Shown piece by piece: positions 37,916-47,397 of a DNA stretch of 64,000 nucleotides. This DNA is from a candidate division WOR-3 bacterium. Its GTDB lineage: Bacteria > Hydrothermota > Tepidihabitantia > Tepidihabitantales > Tepidihabitantaceae. Positions within the stretch are counted from its first letter, which is position 1, and each line of letters opens with the position of its first letter. The notes under the pieces are model-generated. The model worked only from the letters and a program-made list of their open reading frames with translations. It was not told the DNA's origin and ran no database searches. The stretch lies in contig JAOABP010000002.1 of assembly GCA_026418295.1 (NCBI GenBank), forward strand, positions 162,367 to 226,366, in the 5' to 3' direction. Position numbers and translations under genes: made by a program.

Positions 37916-39013
37916 CTAACTGATCGTTTTCAGCCACGACTGACAATGTGTGCAGTATATTTCATGGTCTTCAAGAATTCTGCCACATTTAGTACATGAG
38001 TTAGTAGATGATATATTGATAATCTGTTCAAGATATTTCTGTGCCTGTTCAGTATTTCCTTTGCGTAAGTAAAAGGCAGCAAGAGCAGCTAAGATTTGTG
38101 TTTCACCTTTTTTGCTATAGTTTTCTAAGATATCGATGGCATTTTCGATTGCCTCTTTTTTGGCATAGATTTTAGCAATATTTAGCGCTAAGCTTGTATC
38201 GTGAGGCACTCGGTGCAGAAGTTTTCTGTACAAAGCAATAATTTCCTCATAACGTCCGGACTCATAATATGCACGTTCCAGTCTTTCTCGAACCAGGTGG
38301 TTTTTTTCAGGTGCGAAATCCAAAAGCTTGTTCCAGATGTTAATTGCCGAATTAGTATCTCCCTGTGCCAGCAACAAATCACCGAGATAGATATGCGCGG
38401 GGATTGATTTCGGGCTAAGTTTGAGCGCTTCATGAAGATAGCCCATTCCCGCTTTGGGATTTTCTTTTCCTCGGCAGAACCCAAATCGGGCGTAGAGCCG
38501 GGCAGTGCGTTCAGGGTCAGTGCGGGGTAAATTTCTTAAGAGCTTTTCAGCTTTATCCCAATCGCCAGTATCGATATAAAGATTCAAGAGTCGCTCATGA
38601 CTGTGGTAATCCGATCGATCCTGTCGTACAATTTCTTCTAAAAGCGGGATTGCCTTTACGTGTCTTCCGAGTGTCAAGTAATCATCCACTAGTGCCCGAT
38701 AAATTTTGAGTTCATCTTGCGGTTTCAGGTTTCGACGCAGCGCCAGACTTTCGTGGATGCGTAATGCTCGATTGGGATCATTCTGAACTAAAAAAATCTG
38801 TCCCAAACGAATGTAGGCATCAATGTTGTTCGTATCCTCCTCAACAGCAATTTTCAATTTGATTTTGGCATCTTCCACTTTGCCGTCCAGTAACAGCTGC
38901 AGACCTTCGACATAACTGGGTAGAGTGATCTTGCGCTGACGGATAAAATCGCGGATTACCGGATATATGGCCACAATCAGTAATGCCAAAATTACAATCA
39001 GGAGGGGGTACAT
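37916..39013 (-). CDS. lapB: LPS assembly protein LapB (YciM): transmembrane anchor, TPR repeats and a C-terminal rubredoxin-like zinc ribbon
   Basis: The start is set at MYPLLIVILALLIVAI, which is the transmembrane helix, at 39013. An AAAAGGAG RBS lies 9 nt upstream, inside the 3' end of lapA. The ORF-track start at 39088 would overlap lapA by 71 nt. There are about 9 TPR repeats. The C-terminus is CTKCGRILEDHEIYCTHCQSW (CxxC...CxxC). About 365 aa, similar to E. coli LapB at 389 aa. Confidence 0.6.
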   Translation of the reverse strand: MYPLLIVILALLIVAIYPVIRDFIRQRKITLPSYVEGLQLLLDGKVEDAKIKLKIAVEEDTNNIDAYIRLGQIFLVQNDPNRALRIHESLALRRNLKPQDELKIYRALVDDYLTLGRHVKAIPLLEEIVRQDRSDYHSHERLLNLYIDTGDWDKAEKLLRNLPRTDPERTARLYARFGFCRGKENPKAGMGYLHEALKLSPKSIPAHIYLGDLLLAQGDTNSAINIWNKLLDFAPEKNHLVRERLERAYYESGRYEEIIALYRKLLHRVPHDTSLALNIAKIYAKKEAIENAIDILENYSKKGETQILAALAAFYLRKGNTEQAQKYLEQIINISSTNSCTKCGRILEDHEIYCTHCQSWLKTIS

Positions 39014-39017
39014 ATTA

Positions 39018-39371
39018 CTAAGACTCCTTTTCTTCAATCTTAATAATTTTTTCCGTTTTGAGGCTCGGGCTGGAAGTAGGTATCTCATTCAGCGGGGCAT
39101 TACGTAGGATCCGAAGTTCTTCGGTAAGGGCGTCGATTTCACGGCGTTGCTGAGTGAGGCGTGTTCTCAGGCGGATTTCTGATATTACCGTAAATATCGC
39201 AACGCAAAGTGCACCAAATGCAAATGAGTAAAGCATAATTAATGCAACCGGGACATCATAAAACGTTTTGAAAAAGACTCTGATTTCATTTACAGGGTAC
39301 TGATTCTGCCAGCCGAGAACAAAGAGAATGACAAATGCTAACAGAATCAGAATAATCCGGAAAGTTACCAT
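39018..39371 (-). CDS. lapA: LPS assembly protein LapA (YciS)-like small inner-membrane protein
   Basis: 117 aa with two transmembrane helices followed by a coiled-coil (RLTQQRREIDALTEELRILR). It lies immediately upstream of lapB with a 4-nt gap. Confidence 0.45.
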   Translation of the reverse strand: MVTFRIILILLAFVILFVLGWQNQYPVNEIRVFFKTFYDVPVALIMLYSFAFGALCVAIFTVISEIRLRTRLTQQRREIDALTEELRILRNAPLNEIPTSSPSLKTEKIIKIEEKES

Positions 39372-39374
39372 AAA

Positions 39375-40736
39375 TTAACCTCCTGCATGTTGGTGGGAAA
39401 AATTGGGCCTAATTTCAGGGGAATGGGGTGCACTGGCGTTGGAAAAAACGATTTCACCCTTTGGGGTCCAACCCCGAACTTCAACAATCTTCACATTTAC
39501 AAGACTACCGGCAGGTAGAGGTTCGTCAAGAACCACCACCTTTCCCTGAGGCGTTCTTCCCATACACCCGCGGCCGCGCGGACTTTTCCCCTCTATCAGT
39601 ATCTCATAAATTTTACCGAGCATCGCCCGATTAGATTCGCGGGTAATCTGGTTTTGCATTTCGATCAAGCGGAGTAATCGCTCCCGAATAACATCCTCGG
39701 GAACAGTAGGGGTAAGCAAGCTTGCTGGCGTTCCAGGGCGGGGAGAAAATTTGAACATGTAAGCGTAATCAAAGCGTATTGATTTCATCAATTCCAGTGT
39801 AGCACAGAAATCATCCTCAGTTTCAGTCGGAAAACCAACAATTACATCTGTTGTCAGCGAGATTTCCGGAAGATATTTTCGAAGCAGTGCAACCTTGTTG
39901 CGATATTCTTCTGTTGTATAGCCGCGATTCATCAATTTCAAAATACGGTCAGAGCCCGATTGAACAGGTAAATGGAGCTGGGGGCAGATACGAGGAAGCG
40001 TGGCTATCGTTTTAACAATTCGCTCATTTAGATCCCGTGGGTGAGAGGTTATAAATCTGATCCGGTATATCTGTGGGTGTTTGTGGATTTCGGCTAGCAA
40101 CCGGCAAAAATCGAACTCATTGTAATTGTATGCTAAAACATTTTGCCCGAGAAGTACTATCTCCCGAACGCCTTGTGTTGTCAGTTCATCAATTTCGGAC
40201 AAGATGGCTTCAGATGGTCGGGACCTTTCTTTTCCCCTTACATGAGGAACGATGCAGTAAGAGCAGAAATTACTACAACCGCGCATGATGGTAACATAGG
40301 CACTAACACGGTTTTGTATCACTGGATGAACCCGGTCATAGCATTCATCAGATAATTCCACAGCAATTTGAGGACGGTTAGCGTTCATTGCAGCATTTAT
40401 TAACTCTGGAAGACGTTGATACTGATCTGGACCGACCACCAGATCAGCATGGAAAGAGTTTATCAGTGTGTCTTGAAGCCGTTGTGCCATACAACCTAAT
40501 ATGCCAATAACTCGGGCAGAACCAGTTTTTTTTAGATTTAACAATTGACGGAAATTACCGAGTGCTCTTTTCTCAGCATGTTCACGGACTGCACAGGTTA
40601 TAATCAGAAGGACTTCGGCAGCCCCTGGAGAATTTTTTTCTTCAAAACCTGTCGCGTTGAGAATATTGCGAATCAGATCTGCTTCATAGAAGTTCATCTG
40701 GCACCCATAAACCTGCAAGAAATAAGTAGTACCCAT
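39375..40736 (-). CDS. miaB: tRNA-i6A37 methylthiotransferase MiaB (radical SAM with MTTase N-terminal and TRAM domains)
   Basis: N-terminal cysteine triad QVYGCQMNFYEADLI...IITCAV...LGCMAQ. Radical-SAM box IMRGCSNFCSYCIVPHVRGKE. LLGQNV, FITSHP, LHLPVQSGSDRILKLM and DVIVGFPTETEDDF are colinear with MiaB. A C-terminal TRAM domain is present. Confidence 0.8.
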   Translation of the reverse strand: MGTTYFLQVYGCQMNFYEADLIRNILNATGFEEKNSPGAAEVLLIITCAVREHAEKRALGNFRQLLNLKKTGSARVIGILGCMAQRLQDTLINSFHADLVVGPDQYQRLPELINAAMNANRPQIAVELSDECYDRVHPVIQNRVSAYVTIMRGCSNFCSYCIVPHVRGKERSRPSEAILSEIDELTTQGVREIVLLGQNVLAYNYNEFDFCRLLAEIHKHPQIYRIRFITSHPRDLNERIVKTIATLPRICPQLHLPVQSGSDRILKLMNRGYTTEEYRNKVALLRKYLPEISLTTDVIVGFPTETEDDFCATLELMKSIRFDYAYMFKFSPRPGTPASLLTPTVPEDVIRERLLRLIEMQNQITRESNRAMLGKIYEILIEGKSPRGRGCMGRTPQGKVVVLDEPLPAGSLVNVKIVEVRGWTPKGEIVFSNASAPHSPEIRPNFSHQHAGG

Positions 40737-40817
40737 TCCTAACTAATTTTAGCGATAATACAAAAATGTCAATAAATAATTATCATTGGTGGTAATGGTG
40801 CGATTGCCGGGATTGAC

Positions 40818-42158
40818 TTGCCTTTCGATAATCCTAAACTTACACTGGAAATGAACATAATTGGTATTCGACGTGAAGACAAGAACATCTGGGAACGGCG
40901 CGCTCCTCTTGCTCCTTTTCAAGTAGGTGAGTTAACTTCAGTTTACAGGACAGTATTTTATGTTCAACCGTCTACCCGACGGATATTCAGTGATTCCGAA
41001 TATGCTCAAGCAGGGGCGAAAATCTGTGAAACACTCGACGACTGTCAGGTTATTTTGGGAATCAAGGAGATTCCGGTTAACTTCTTCCGCCCAGCAACAA
41101 CTTATCTTTTTTTTGCTCACGTGATTAAAGGGCAGCCGAACAACATGCCGATGTTGCGTCAGATGATGACGCTCGAATGCTCCTTGATCGATTACGAGAA
41201 GGTGACTGATGATCAGGGACGCCGACTGATATTTTTCGGCCGGTATGCAGGGATCGCCGGAGCAATTGATACCCTAGCCGGATTGGGCAGGCGGTGGGCA
41301 GTCCTCGGGTATAAGACGCCGCTGGCTGAGCTTAAACTTGCACACGAATATGGCACTTATGCTGCTGCCCGTCGTGAAATTTTTAGAGTGGGGGAGCTAC
41401 TTAAAAAAACCGGTGTGCCGGATGAACTTGCTCCGCTGATTATTGGGGTTACCGGTTACGGAAATGTAGCCCGGGGTGTCGGTGAAATTCTAAATGAGCT
41501 CGGTTGCACTAGAATAGATCCTGCCGAGTTGCCCAAAGTAATGAGTTCAAGAGACCCCAAGGCGGTTTATGAAGTTGTATTCCGTGAAGAGCATATGATG
41601 GAACCGATTACCGAGGGGCATGAATTTGATCTGCAGGAATATTATCAGTATCCGGAGCGTTATCGTTCGCGATTTGAGAGTTACCTGCCTTACCTCTCGG
41701 TACTGCTGAATTGTATTTACTGGGACAGTCGATATCCCAGGCTTGTGACCAGGGAATATCTTAAAACTGCCACTACTACCGGAAAACTGCGATTGATAAT
41801 TATCGGTGATATTTCATGCGACATCAATGGTTCAGTCGAAGTTACTGTGAAAACAACTGACCCGGGTGCTCCATTTTATGTCTATAATCCCCTGGACGAT
41901 GCCGTTCACGACGGCGTTGAGGGTGATGGGGTGGTGGTAATGGCGGTTGACAACCTTCCCTGCGAACTGGCATCAGATTCATCAGTTGAATTCGGCCGGG
42001 CGCTGATGCCATTTGTGCCAGTGCTGGCGGGGACTAATTTCCAGGTTTCGTTGGACCACTTAACTCTGCCACCACCATTGCAAAGGGCTTTGATTCTCCA
42101 TCGAGGAAAACTTACTCCGCCGTACCAATATCTGGAAAAATTTATAAAGAAAGGATGA
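40818..42158 (+). CDS. Lysine-ketoglutarate reductase (saccharopine dehydrogenase, L-lysine-forming). It is homologous to the LKR domain of AASS.
   Basis: IGIRREDKNIWERRAPLAP matches the AASS N-terminus AVRREDVNAWERRAPLAP. The protein is colinear along its length with AASS: LIDYEKV, the Rossmann motif GVTGYGNVARG, YQYPERYRSRF versus AASS YDKHPERYISRF, and CIYWDSRYPRLVT versus GIYWEQNTPRLLT. It belongs to the alanine-dehydrogenase / PNT fold. Confidence 0.7.
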   Translation: MPFDNPKLTLEMNIIGIRREDKNIWERRAPLAPFQVGELTSVYRTVFYVQPSTRRIFSDSEYAQAGAKICETLDDCQVILGIKEIPVNFFRPATTYLFFAHVIKGQPNNMPMLRQMMTLECSLIDYEKVTDDQGRRLIFFGRYAGIAGAIDTLAGLGRRWAVLGYKTPLAELKLAHEYGTYAAARREIFRVGELLKKTGVPDELAPLIIGVTGYGNVARGVGEILNELGCTRIDPAELPKVMSSRDPKAVYEVVFREEHMMEPITEGHEFDLQEYYQYPERYRSRFESYLPYLSVLLNCIYWDSRYPRLVTREYLKTATTTGKLRLIIIGDISCDINGSVEVTVKTTDPGAPFYVYNPLDDAVHDGVEGDGVVVMAVDNLPCELASDSSVEFGRALMPFVPVLAGTNFQVSLDHLTLPPPLQRALILHRGKLTPPYQYLEKFIKKG

Positions 42159-42162
42159 TAAT

Positions 42163-43485
42163 ATGAAAAGGGTTCTAATTTTGGGCGCGGGTCTGGTATC
42201 CAGACCAATGGTCCGCTATCTTTTAAATCTCAATGATGTGGAACTAACAGTGGCTACCCGGACAGTTTCCAAGGCACTGGAATTGATAGGCACACATCCC
42301 CGGGGGCGGGCAGTCGAGCTGTTGGCTGACGATGAATCCAATCTTCACCGTTTGATTGCCAGTAGCGATATTGTAGTCAGTCTGTTACCGTATACTTATC
42401 ACCCGACGGTTGCCCGTCATTGCATCGCTCTGAAAAAACACCTGGTTACTACTTCTTATGTGAGTGAAGCAATGAAGGCGCTCGATAACGAGGCCCGGAG
42501 AACAGGCATTATTCTTCTCAACGAAATCGGTCTGGACCCGGGCATTGACCATATGTCGGCAATGGCACTTATTGACCGCGTCAAGGCAAATGGAGGTCGA
42601 ATTATCAGTTTTATATCTTCATGCGGGGGGCTCCCAGCACCAGAGGCGAACGATAATCCTCTTGGTTATAAATTCTCCTGGAGTCCACGGGGTGTACTGA
42701 TGGCTGGCAGAAACGATGCCCGATTTTTGAAAGACGGAAGGGAGATACTAATTCCTGCCAGCCAGCTGTTTGCTTCTAGCTGGCGTCAGAAAATTACCGG
42801 TGTTGGCGAACTTGAGGCCTACCCTAACCGGAATTCACTTCCCTATATTGAACTATATGGTCTGGAAGGTATTAGAACGATGATCCGTGCAACTCTTCGC
42901 TATCCCGGCTGGTGCGAAACCATGCAGGCAATCAGCGAGCTCGGACTGTTAAGAGATGAACGGGTCCGGAATGACCTTAACCGGCTGACTTATGCACAGT
43001 GGTTTAGGGAATATGTACCCGGGACCGGCAGGCTGCAGGAGGATACAGCAGTTCGACTGAACCTGCCTGTTAATCATCCGGTTCTTCAACGGCTGGAGTG
43101 GCTCGGATTGTTCAGTGATGCTCCGATTATGCTGGAATCCGGTTCTAATCTTGATATTTTGGCGAAGGCGATGCTTGAACGTATGAGTTACAAACGCGGA
43201 GAACGGGACATGATTGTTCTGCATCATCAGTTTGTAGTTGAGTATTCCGACAGGCGGGAACGCATTGAATCTACCTTGATTGATTACGGAGAACCAGAAG
43301 GTGATACGGCTATGGCAAGGACCGTAAGCCTGCCGGCGGCAGTTGCGGTTAAAATGCTCATTGATGGTAGTATTAAATTGACCGGCGTTCAGATACCTGT
43401 TAGAAGTGAACTGTATCAGCCGATAATGGCGGAACTTTCAAAAATAGGATTCAGGTTCCAGGAACAGACGCTACGGCTTGACTAG
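42163..43485 (+). CDS. Saccharopine dehydrogenase (NADP+, L-glutamate-forming). It is homologous to the SDH domain of AASS.
   Basis: KRVLILGAGLVSRPMVRYL. SLLPYTYHPTVARHCI matches AASS SLLPYVLHPVVAKACI. LNEIGLDPGIDHM, CGGLPAPEANDNPLGYKFSWSPRGVLMAG and LEAYPNRNSLPYIELYG are nearly identical to the human AASS SDH region. 440 aa. Confidence 0.8.
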   Translation: MKRVLILGAGLVSRPMVRYLLNLNDVELTVATRTVSKALELIGTHPRGRAVELLADDESNLHRLIASSDIVVSLLPYTYHPTVARHCIALKKHLVTTSYVSEAMKALDNEARRTGIILLNEIGLDPGIDHMSAMALIDRVKANGGRIISFISSCGGLPAPEANDNPLGYKFSWSPRGVLMAGRNDARFLKDGREILIPASQLFASSWRQKITGVGELEAYPNRNSLPYIELYGLEGIRTMIRATLRYPGWCETMQAISELGLLRDERVRNDLNRLTYAQWFREYVPGTGRLQEDTAVRLNLPVNHPVLQRLEWLGLFSDAPIMLESGSNLDILAKAMLERMSYKRGERDMIVLHHQFVVEYSDRRERIESTLIDYGEPEGDTAMARTVSLPAAVAVKMLIDGSIKLTGVQIPVRSELYQPIMAELSKIGFRFQEQTLRLD

Positions 43486-44054
43486 CGGTTGGTTTCGACA
43501 GTAAATTCCCTGAATCCTAACCAGAATCCGGTCTTCTCAATAAAGTCAATTTCTCCCTGAATCAGCTGCTGGTGCGCCGATTCCATTTCTGCCAGACGTT
43601 GAAAAAGTAAACGTAAAGATTTTTGGTTGACCTTTTCCGACTGTTCAAGATAAAATTTCCGGGCATTGTTTTCCAGTTCCAGCGCTATTTGCAGTGCTGA
43701 GAGTGCAGCTGCATTTGCCTTACCTCTACTAAACACTTCACGGTGAGTGATTTTGGGAGTTAACTTCTCAATCAAACTCGGAGATACAGATACTGGCGTA
43801 CAACTGCCCTGATGACGGTATTCATCTATTTTTTTCCCGAGTAACTCCTGATGCATAAGTTCATCCATTGCCAGCCGGATAAACATGTTCTTGCCGGCTA
43901 ACGCTTCAGTTTGCCATGCAAATTCCAGATACCGACCAAGACTTTCGGTTTCCGCATTACGCGCAAGGGTTAAAACCTCAATCTCTGTATTTAAATCAGA
44001 CATCAAGGGTATAATAATAAATGGCATTTCTGAAGAGGTCAATTCCTGCGGCAA
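43482..44054 (-). CDS. Ferritin-like / rubrerythrin-family diiron protein with no rubredoxin domain
   Basis: Two ExxH metal-site motifs in helical context: RLAMDELMHQELL and LAEMESAHQQLIQGE. About 170-190 aa. The real start may be the internal MSDLNTE. Confidence 0.45.
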   Translation of the reverse strand: MPQELTSSEMPFIIIPLMSDLNTEIEVLTLARNAETESLGRYLEFAWQTEALAGKNMFIRLAMDELMHQELLGKKIDEYRHQGSCTPVSVSPSLIEKLTPKITHREVFSRGKANAAALSALQIALELENNARKFYLEQSEKVNQKSLRLLFQRLAEMESAHQQLIQGEIDFIEKTGFWLGFREFTVETNR

Positions 44055-44389
44055 GATTGATATTAAATCGGGTGCGATAACTTCAATATCTGTTTCTGTT
44101 CAAGTGAGGACCAGAATAGCATGAGAGGGCGATAATACGCAAACCGCCATTTTTGGCTCTGCGGAGATGACACTTGACCACGAAGCAGTGGACAGGTATG
44201 CCCGGGGCTAGCCCCCCATATTGTAACTGATTGTATCATAAACAGTTAACAGAAAACATTGACTGATCGGGGCTGGTAAACCAGGGGAGAAAAACCTTTC
44301 CGGAAACGCCAGCTGGTCTGGATTCCAATAAAGAGAGCAGAGTATTTCCGGTTTATTGACTTACTTAAGAGTAGTTATATCATTATAAA

Positions 44390-45631
44390 ATGAGTCTGCT
44401 GCAGCGCGAGGCAGTTAAAGAGTATGTTCTGTATTTCATTTTTGCCACAGTAGTACTTGCCTTCATCTTGCTGATGGATCGACTTTTTCTTCTGGCAGAT
44501 CTGCTGGTCCGCAAGGGTGTTCCGATGTCGGCAGTGACAGAAATTTCCTTTTTTTCTCTGCCATTTGTCATCAGTGTGAGCGCACCACTTGCTGGATTAA
44601 TTGCCGGCGTGATTACCTTTGGACGTATGGCTCAAGATAACGAGGTGGCAGTGGTGCGGGCAGCTGGTATTCCAGCATGGCGACTGTTTATACCGGTTAT
44701 GGTGCTGGGTATCATAATGGCACCGGTGATGGTTGTTTTTAACGGTTATGTGGTACCCGAAGCGCAGCATCGGGTTCGTAACCTGTTAACCGATATTGCG
44801 CGTAAGAAACCAGCATTGAGGATTCAAGAGCGAATTTTCATGGATGATTTTCCCGGGTACATGGTATACATCGGGTCAATCAATCAGCGACATTCAACTA
44901 TCAGTAATACAGTAATTTTTGAGCGCGGGCGGGGCAAGAATCCGCCGGCTTTCGTTACCGCTCCCCGGGGAGAATTGAAATATACGGTGGATGATCGATA
45001 TCTGGTACTGACTTTATATGACGGCGAAATTCATGAATTACTCGAAACGGGTAATTACCGTCGGCTGGCGTTCCGGGAGCAAATAATTAACATACCAAGT
45101 GAAGATGTGTTGGTACGGCAGGGGCGTGATTACCGGACTGATGATGAGATGCGTTTCAATCATCTGCTAAAGCAAATTCGGGATGTCAATAATGATGTCC
45201 GGGAACTTAATCAGCAGCTTGCTGATTTGACAGGTGCCGGTTCTGATAATGAGATCGTAGAGGTACGTGCCGACGAGCTGAAAACCCGAATTCGTTATCG
45301 TCGGAGCGAAGCACTCCGATCGTTGACTGAATTGCATAAACGGTTTTCTCTTGCCTTTTCCTGTTTTTTCTTTCTTCTTTTCGGGGCACCGCTGGGGTTA
45401 GTGCTGCGGCGCGGCGGCATCGGGACCGGTTTCATCATCGGGCTGATATTTTTTGCCTTGTATTATGTCCTGTTACTGGCAGGCGAAAACATGGCCGAGA
45501 ATGGCACTGTATCACCATTTTTCGGGATGTGGCTGCCGAACATCCTGCTGGTGCTGCCGGTCTTGGAACTTTCCAGCCGGACCCTGTTTGAATTTTCAAT
45601 AGTCCGGCTGTTTACTGGACGCACCAAATGA
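44390..45631 (+). CDS. lptF: LPS export ABC permease LptF (YjgP/YjgQ family)
   Basis: Six transmembrane segments with a large periplasmic beta-jellyroll insert between TM3 and TM4, which is the YjgP/YjgQ architecture. It has a 4-nt overlap with the downstream paralogue. Confidence 0.7.
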   Translation: MSLLQREAVKEYVLYFIFATVVLAFILLMDRLFLLADLLVRKGVPMSAVTEISFFSLPFVISVSAPLAGLIAGVITFGRMAQDNEVAVVRAAGIPAWRLFIPVMVLGIIMAPVMVVFNGYVVPEAQHRVRNLLTDIARKKPALRIQERIFMDDFPGYMVYIGSINQRHSTISNTVIFERGRGKNPPAFVTAPRGELKYTVDDRYLVLTLYDGEIHELLETGNYRRLAFREQIINIPSEDVLVRQGRDYRTDDEMRFNHLLKQIRDVNNDVRELNQQLADLTGAGSDNEIVEVRADELKTRIRYRRSEALRSLTELHKRFSLAFSCFFFLLFGAPLGLVLRRGGIGTGFIIGLIFFALYYVLLLAGENMAENGTVSPFFGMWLPNILLVLPVLELSSRTLFEFSIVRLFTGRTK

Positions 45632-46722
45632 AAACAATCGACCGGCATCTTTTCATTGAACTGAGCAAGTTTACATTGCTGGCGCTAATAAGTGTAGTAA
45701 CGATTTATCTGCTGATCGATTTGTTTGAAGAACTGGGGTATTTCTTAAGCAGGAATACGCCACTACCAGTAATCTTCAAGTATTATTTCTATGCCCTGCC
45801 GTCGGCAGCAGTGCTGCTCTATCCTGTAAGTCTGATTCTGGCGGTTTTTGTCGTATATGGCCAGATGACGAGAAATAACGAACTGGCAGCTTTCAAAAGT
45901 GCCGGAGTAAGCATCTACCGGTTGTTTCTACCAGCATTGGCGATTGGAATTTTTACGATATTTGCCTTCATTGCTGGCAATGAATTCATTACCATCCGTT
46001 TTAATCGCAAATTGAGTCAACTGCGCCGTTTTGTAATTGAAAAAAGGGTTCAGCCTCCAGCACATTATCAATATGATATTTATCGCATTGACGGGAACAT
46101 AGTATTATGGAGCAGGGAACTGGAGAAACCGGCTGCCGGATTATCCAATGCGGTACTCCGTAACTTTACACTGGTGAAGCTGGATCGTAACCGGCGGGTT
46201 CGTGTTCGAGTAGACGGGGATTCGGTAGTTAACCAGAACGGGGTCTGGAAGGGGTACGGCGTGCGGGTTCGTGAATTTGATTCGACCGGCAAACAGAAAT
46301 TTACTCAGCAGGCTCAGTATGAATTGAAGTTGTTGACTCCCAGTCTTTTTGAATTTGGCGCATTGGGACAGCCGGTCGAAGAGATGACAGTTTTTGATCT
46401 GAATAATTATATCCAGCTGATGCGGGCAAGTGGAGAGAATGTTGCGCGGGAGGAAGTGGAGTTTCATTACCGGTTCTCTTATGCCCTGATCGGTTTAATA
46501 GTAGTGATGCTGGGGTTGCCGTTTTCAGTCCGTCTGCGTCGCGGTGGAGTAATGCTGGGGTTGGGGTTGGGGTTATTTTTTTCGTTTCTTTACTGGGGTG
46601 TTATTCAAACCTGCCGTGCCTTTGGAGCTTCGCATGTAATATCACCAGTATTTGCCGCCTGGCTGCCCAATGTTATCTTTGGTGCAATAGCACTGGTGCT
46701 GATGCTGAAAGTGGAGACTTGA
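45628..46722 (+). CDS. lptG: LPS export ABC permease LptG (YjgP/YjgQ family)
   Basis: It is a paralogue of the upstream gene with the same topology, with FKSAGVSIYRL matching the upstream VRAAGIPAWRL. This adjacent paralogue pair is the canonical lptF-lptG arrangement. Confidence 0.7.
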   Translation: MKTIDRHLFIELSKFTLLALISVVTIYLLIDLFEELGYFLSRNTPLPVIFKYYFYALPSAAVLLYPVSLILAVFVVYGQMTRNNELAAFKSAGVSIYRLFLPALAIGIFTIFAFIAGNEFITIRFNRKLSQLRRFVIEKRVQPPAHYQYDIYRIDGNIVLWSRELEKPAAGLSNAVLRNFTLVKLDRNRRVRVRVDGDSVVNQNGVWKGYGVRVREFDSTGKQKFTQQAQYELKLLTPSLFEFGALGQPVEEMTVFDLNNYIQLMRASGENVAREEVEFHYRFSYALIGLIVVMLGLPFSVRLRRGGVMLGLGLGLFFSFLYWGVIQTCRAFGASHVISPVFAAWLPNVIFGAIALVLMLKVET

Positions 46723-46725
46723 ACA

Positions 46726-47397
46726 ATGAATCGACTTTTAACGGTTTTGCTACTGGCAGCTTCAGTCGGATTTGCAGACAGGGGAATAATTTGTGATCCG
46801 GATAGCGACTGCTTCTACGTACCATCCGCTGTGCGGTTAAGTGAACAGCGGGTTCCGGCGTTGGTTGTTTTCCATTGCAATGGTGCAACCGCAGCTGATC
46901 TGGACAGCTTCAAGAAAATCGGTGATTCGCTCAACTGGGTGATTGCTACCTGCCATCGTGTCCGGAACCACCGAAGTATTTTAACTAACGATTCAGCAGC
47001 TGTGCAGACAATTAAGAAGCTCCTCCGATTCTGTCCGGTAGATTCAGGGCAGGTTTTTCTCTTCGGGTTTTCAGCACAGGGAGTTCAAGCGCTGGCGTCG
47101 ATGTATCTGCATCCGGAACTGATTAAGGGGGTTGTAACAGTCTGTGCCCATACCGGAGCTCAGGTGCTGGCCGAGCCCGTAACCCTGAAGAAACATTATG
47201 CATATCTGGTGACTCGTTCCGGTGACTGGAATCGCATTGCCAATTATGAGCTAAACCGGGATTTGAATCTCTGGGGTGTCAGATGCACCCTTGCCATTAC
47301 CCCGGGTGAACATTGTGCCGGTTCATGGCAGGAGGTACTTGCAGGCTGTCGCTGGCTGCAAAAACAACTAAGAGCTCTGACGCAATCGCGCCAGTAG
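46726..47397 (+). CDS. Secreted alpha/beta-hydrolase (esterase / lipase-like)
   Basis: Signal peptide MNRLLTVLLLAASVGFA. The nucleophile elbow GFSAQG is a GxSxG motif. About 220 aa. It starts 4 nt after the lptG stop. Confidence 0.5.
   Translation: MNRLLTVLLLAASVGFADRGIICDPDSDCFYVPSAVRLSEQRVPALVVFHCNGATAADLDSFKKIGDSLNWVIATCHRVRNHRSILTNDSAAVQTIKKLLRFCPVDSGQVFLFGFSAQGVQALASMYLHPELIKGVVTVCAHTGAQVLAEPVTLKKHYAYLVTRSGDWNRIANYELNRDLNLWGVRCTLAITPGEHCAGSWQEVLAGCRWLQKQLRALTQSRQ

Noticed and set aside
39014-39088. The N-terminal 25 residues of the lapB ORF (MRYLLPARASKRKKLLRLKKRSLSN), which overlap lapA by 71 nt
   Set aside because: This is a basic low-complexity extension. The internal Met at 39013 is preceded by an AAAAGGAG RBS and begins the expected transmembrane helix, so the shorter model is preferred.
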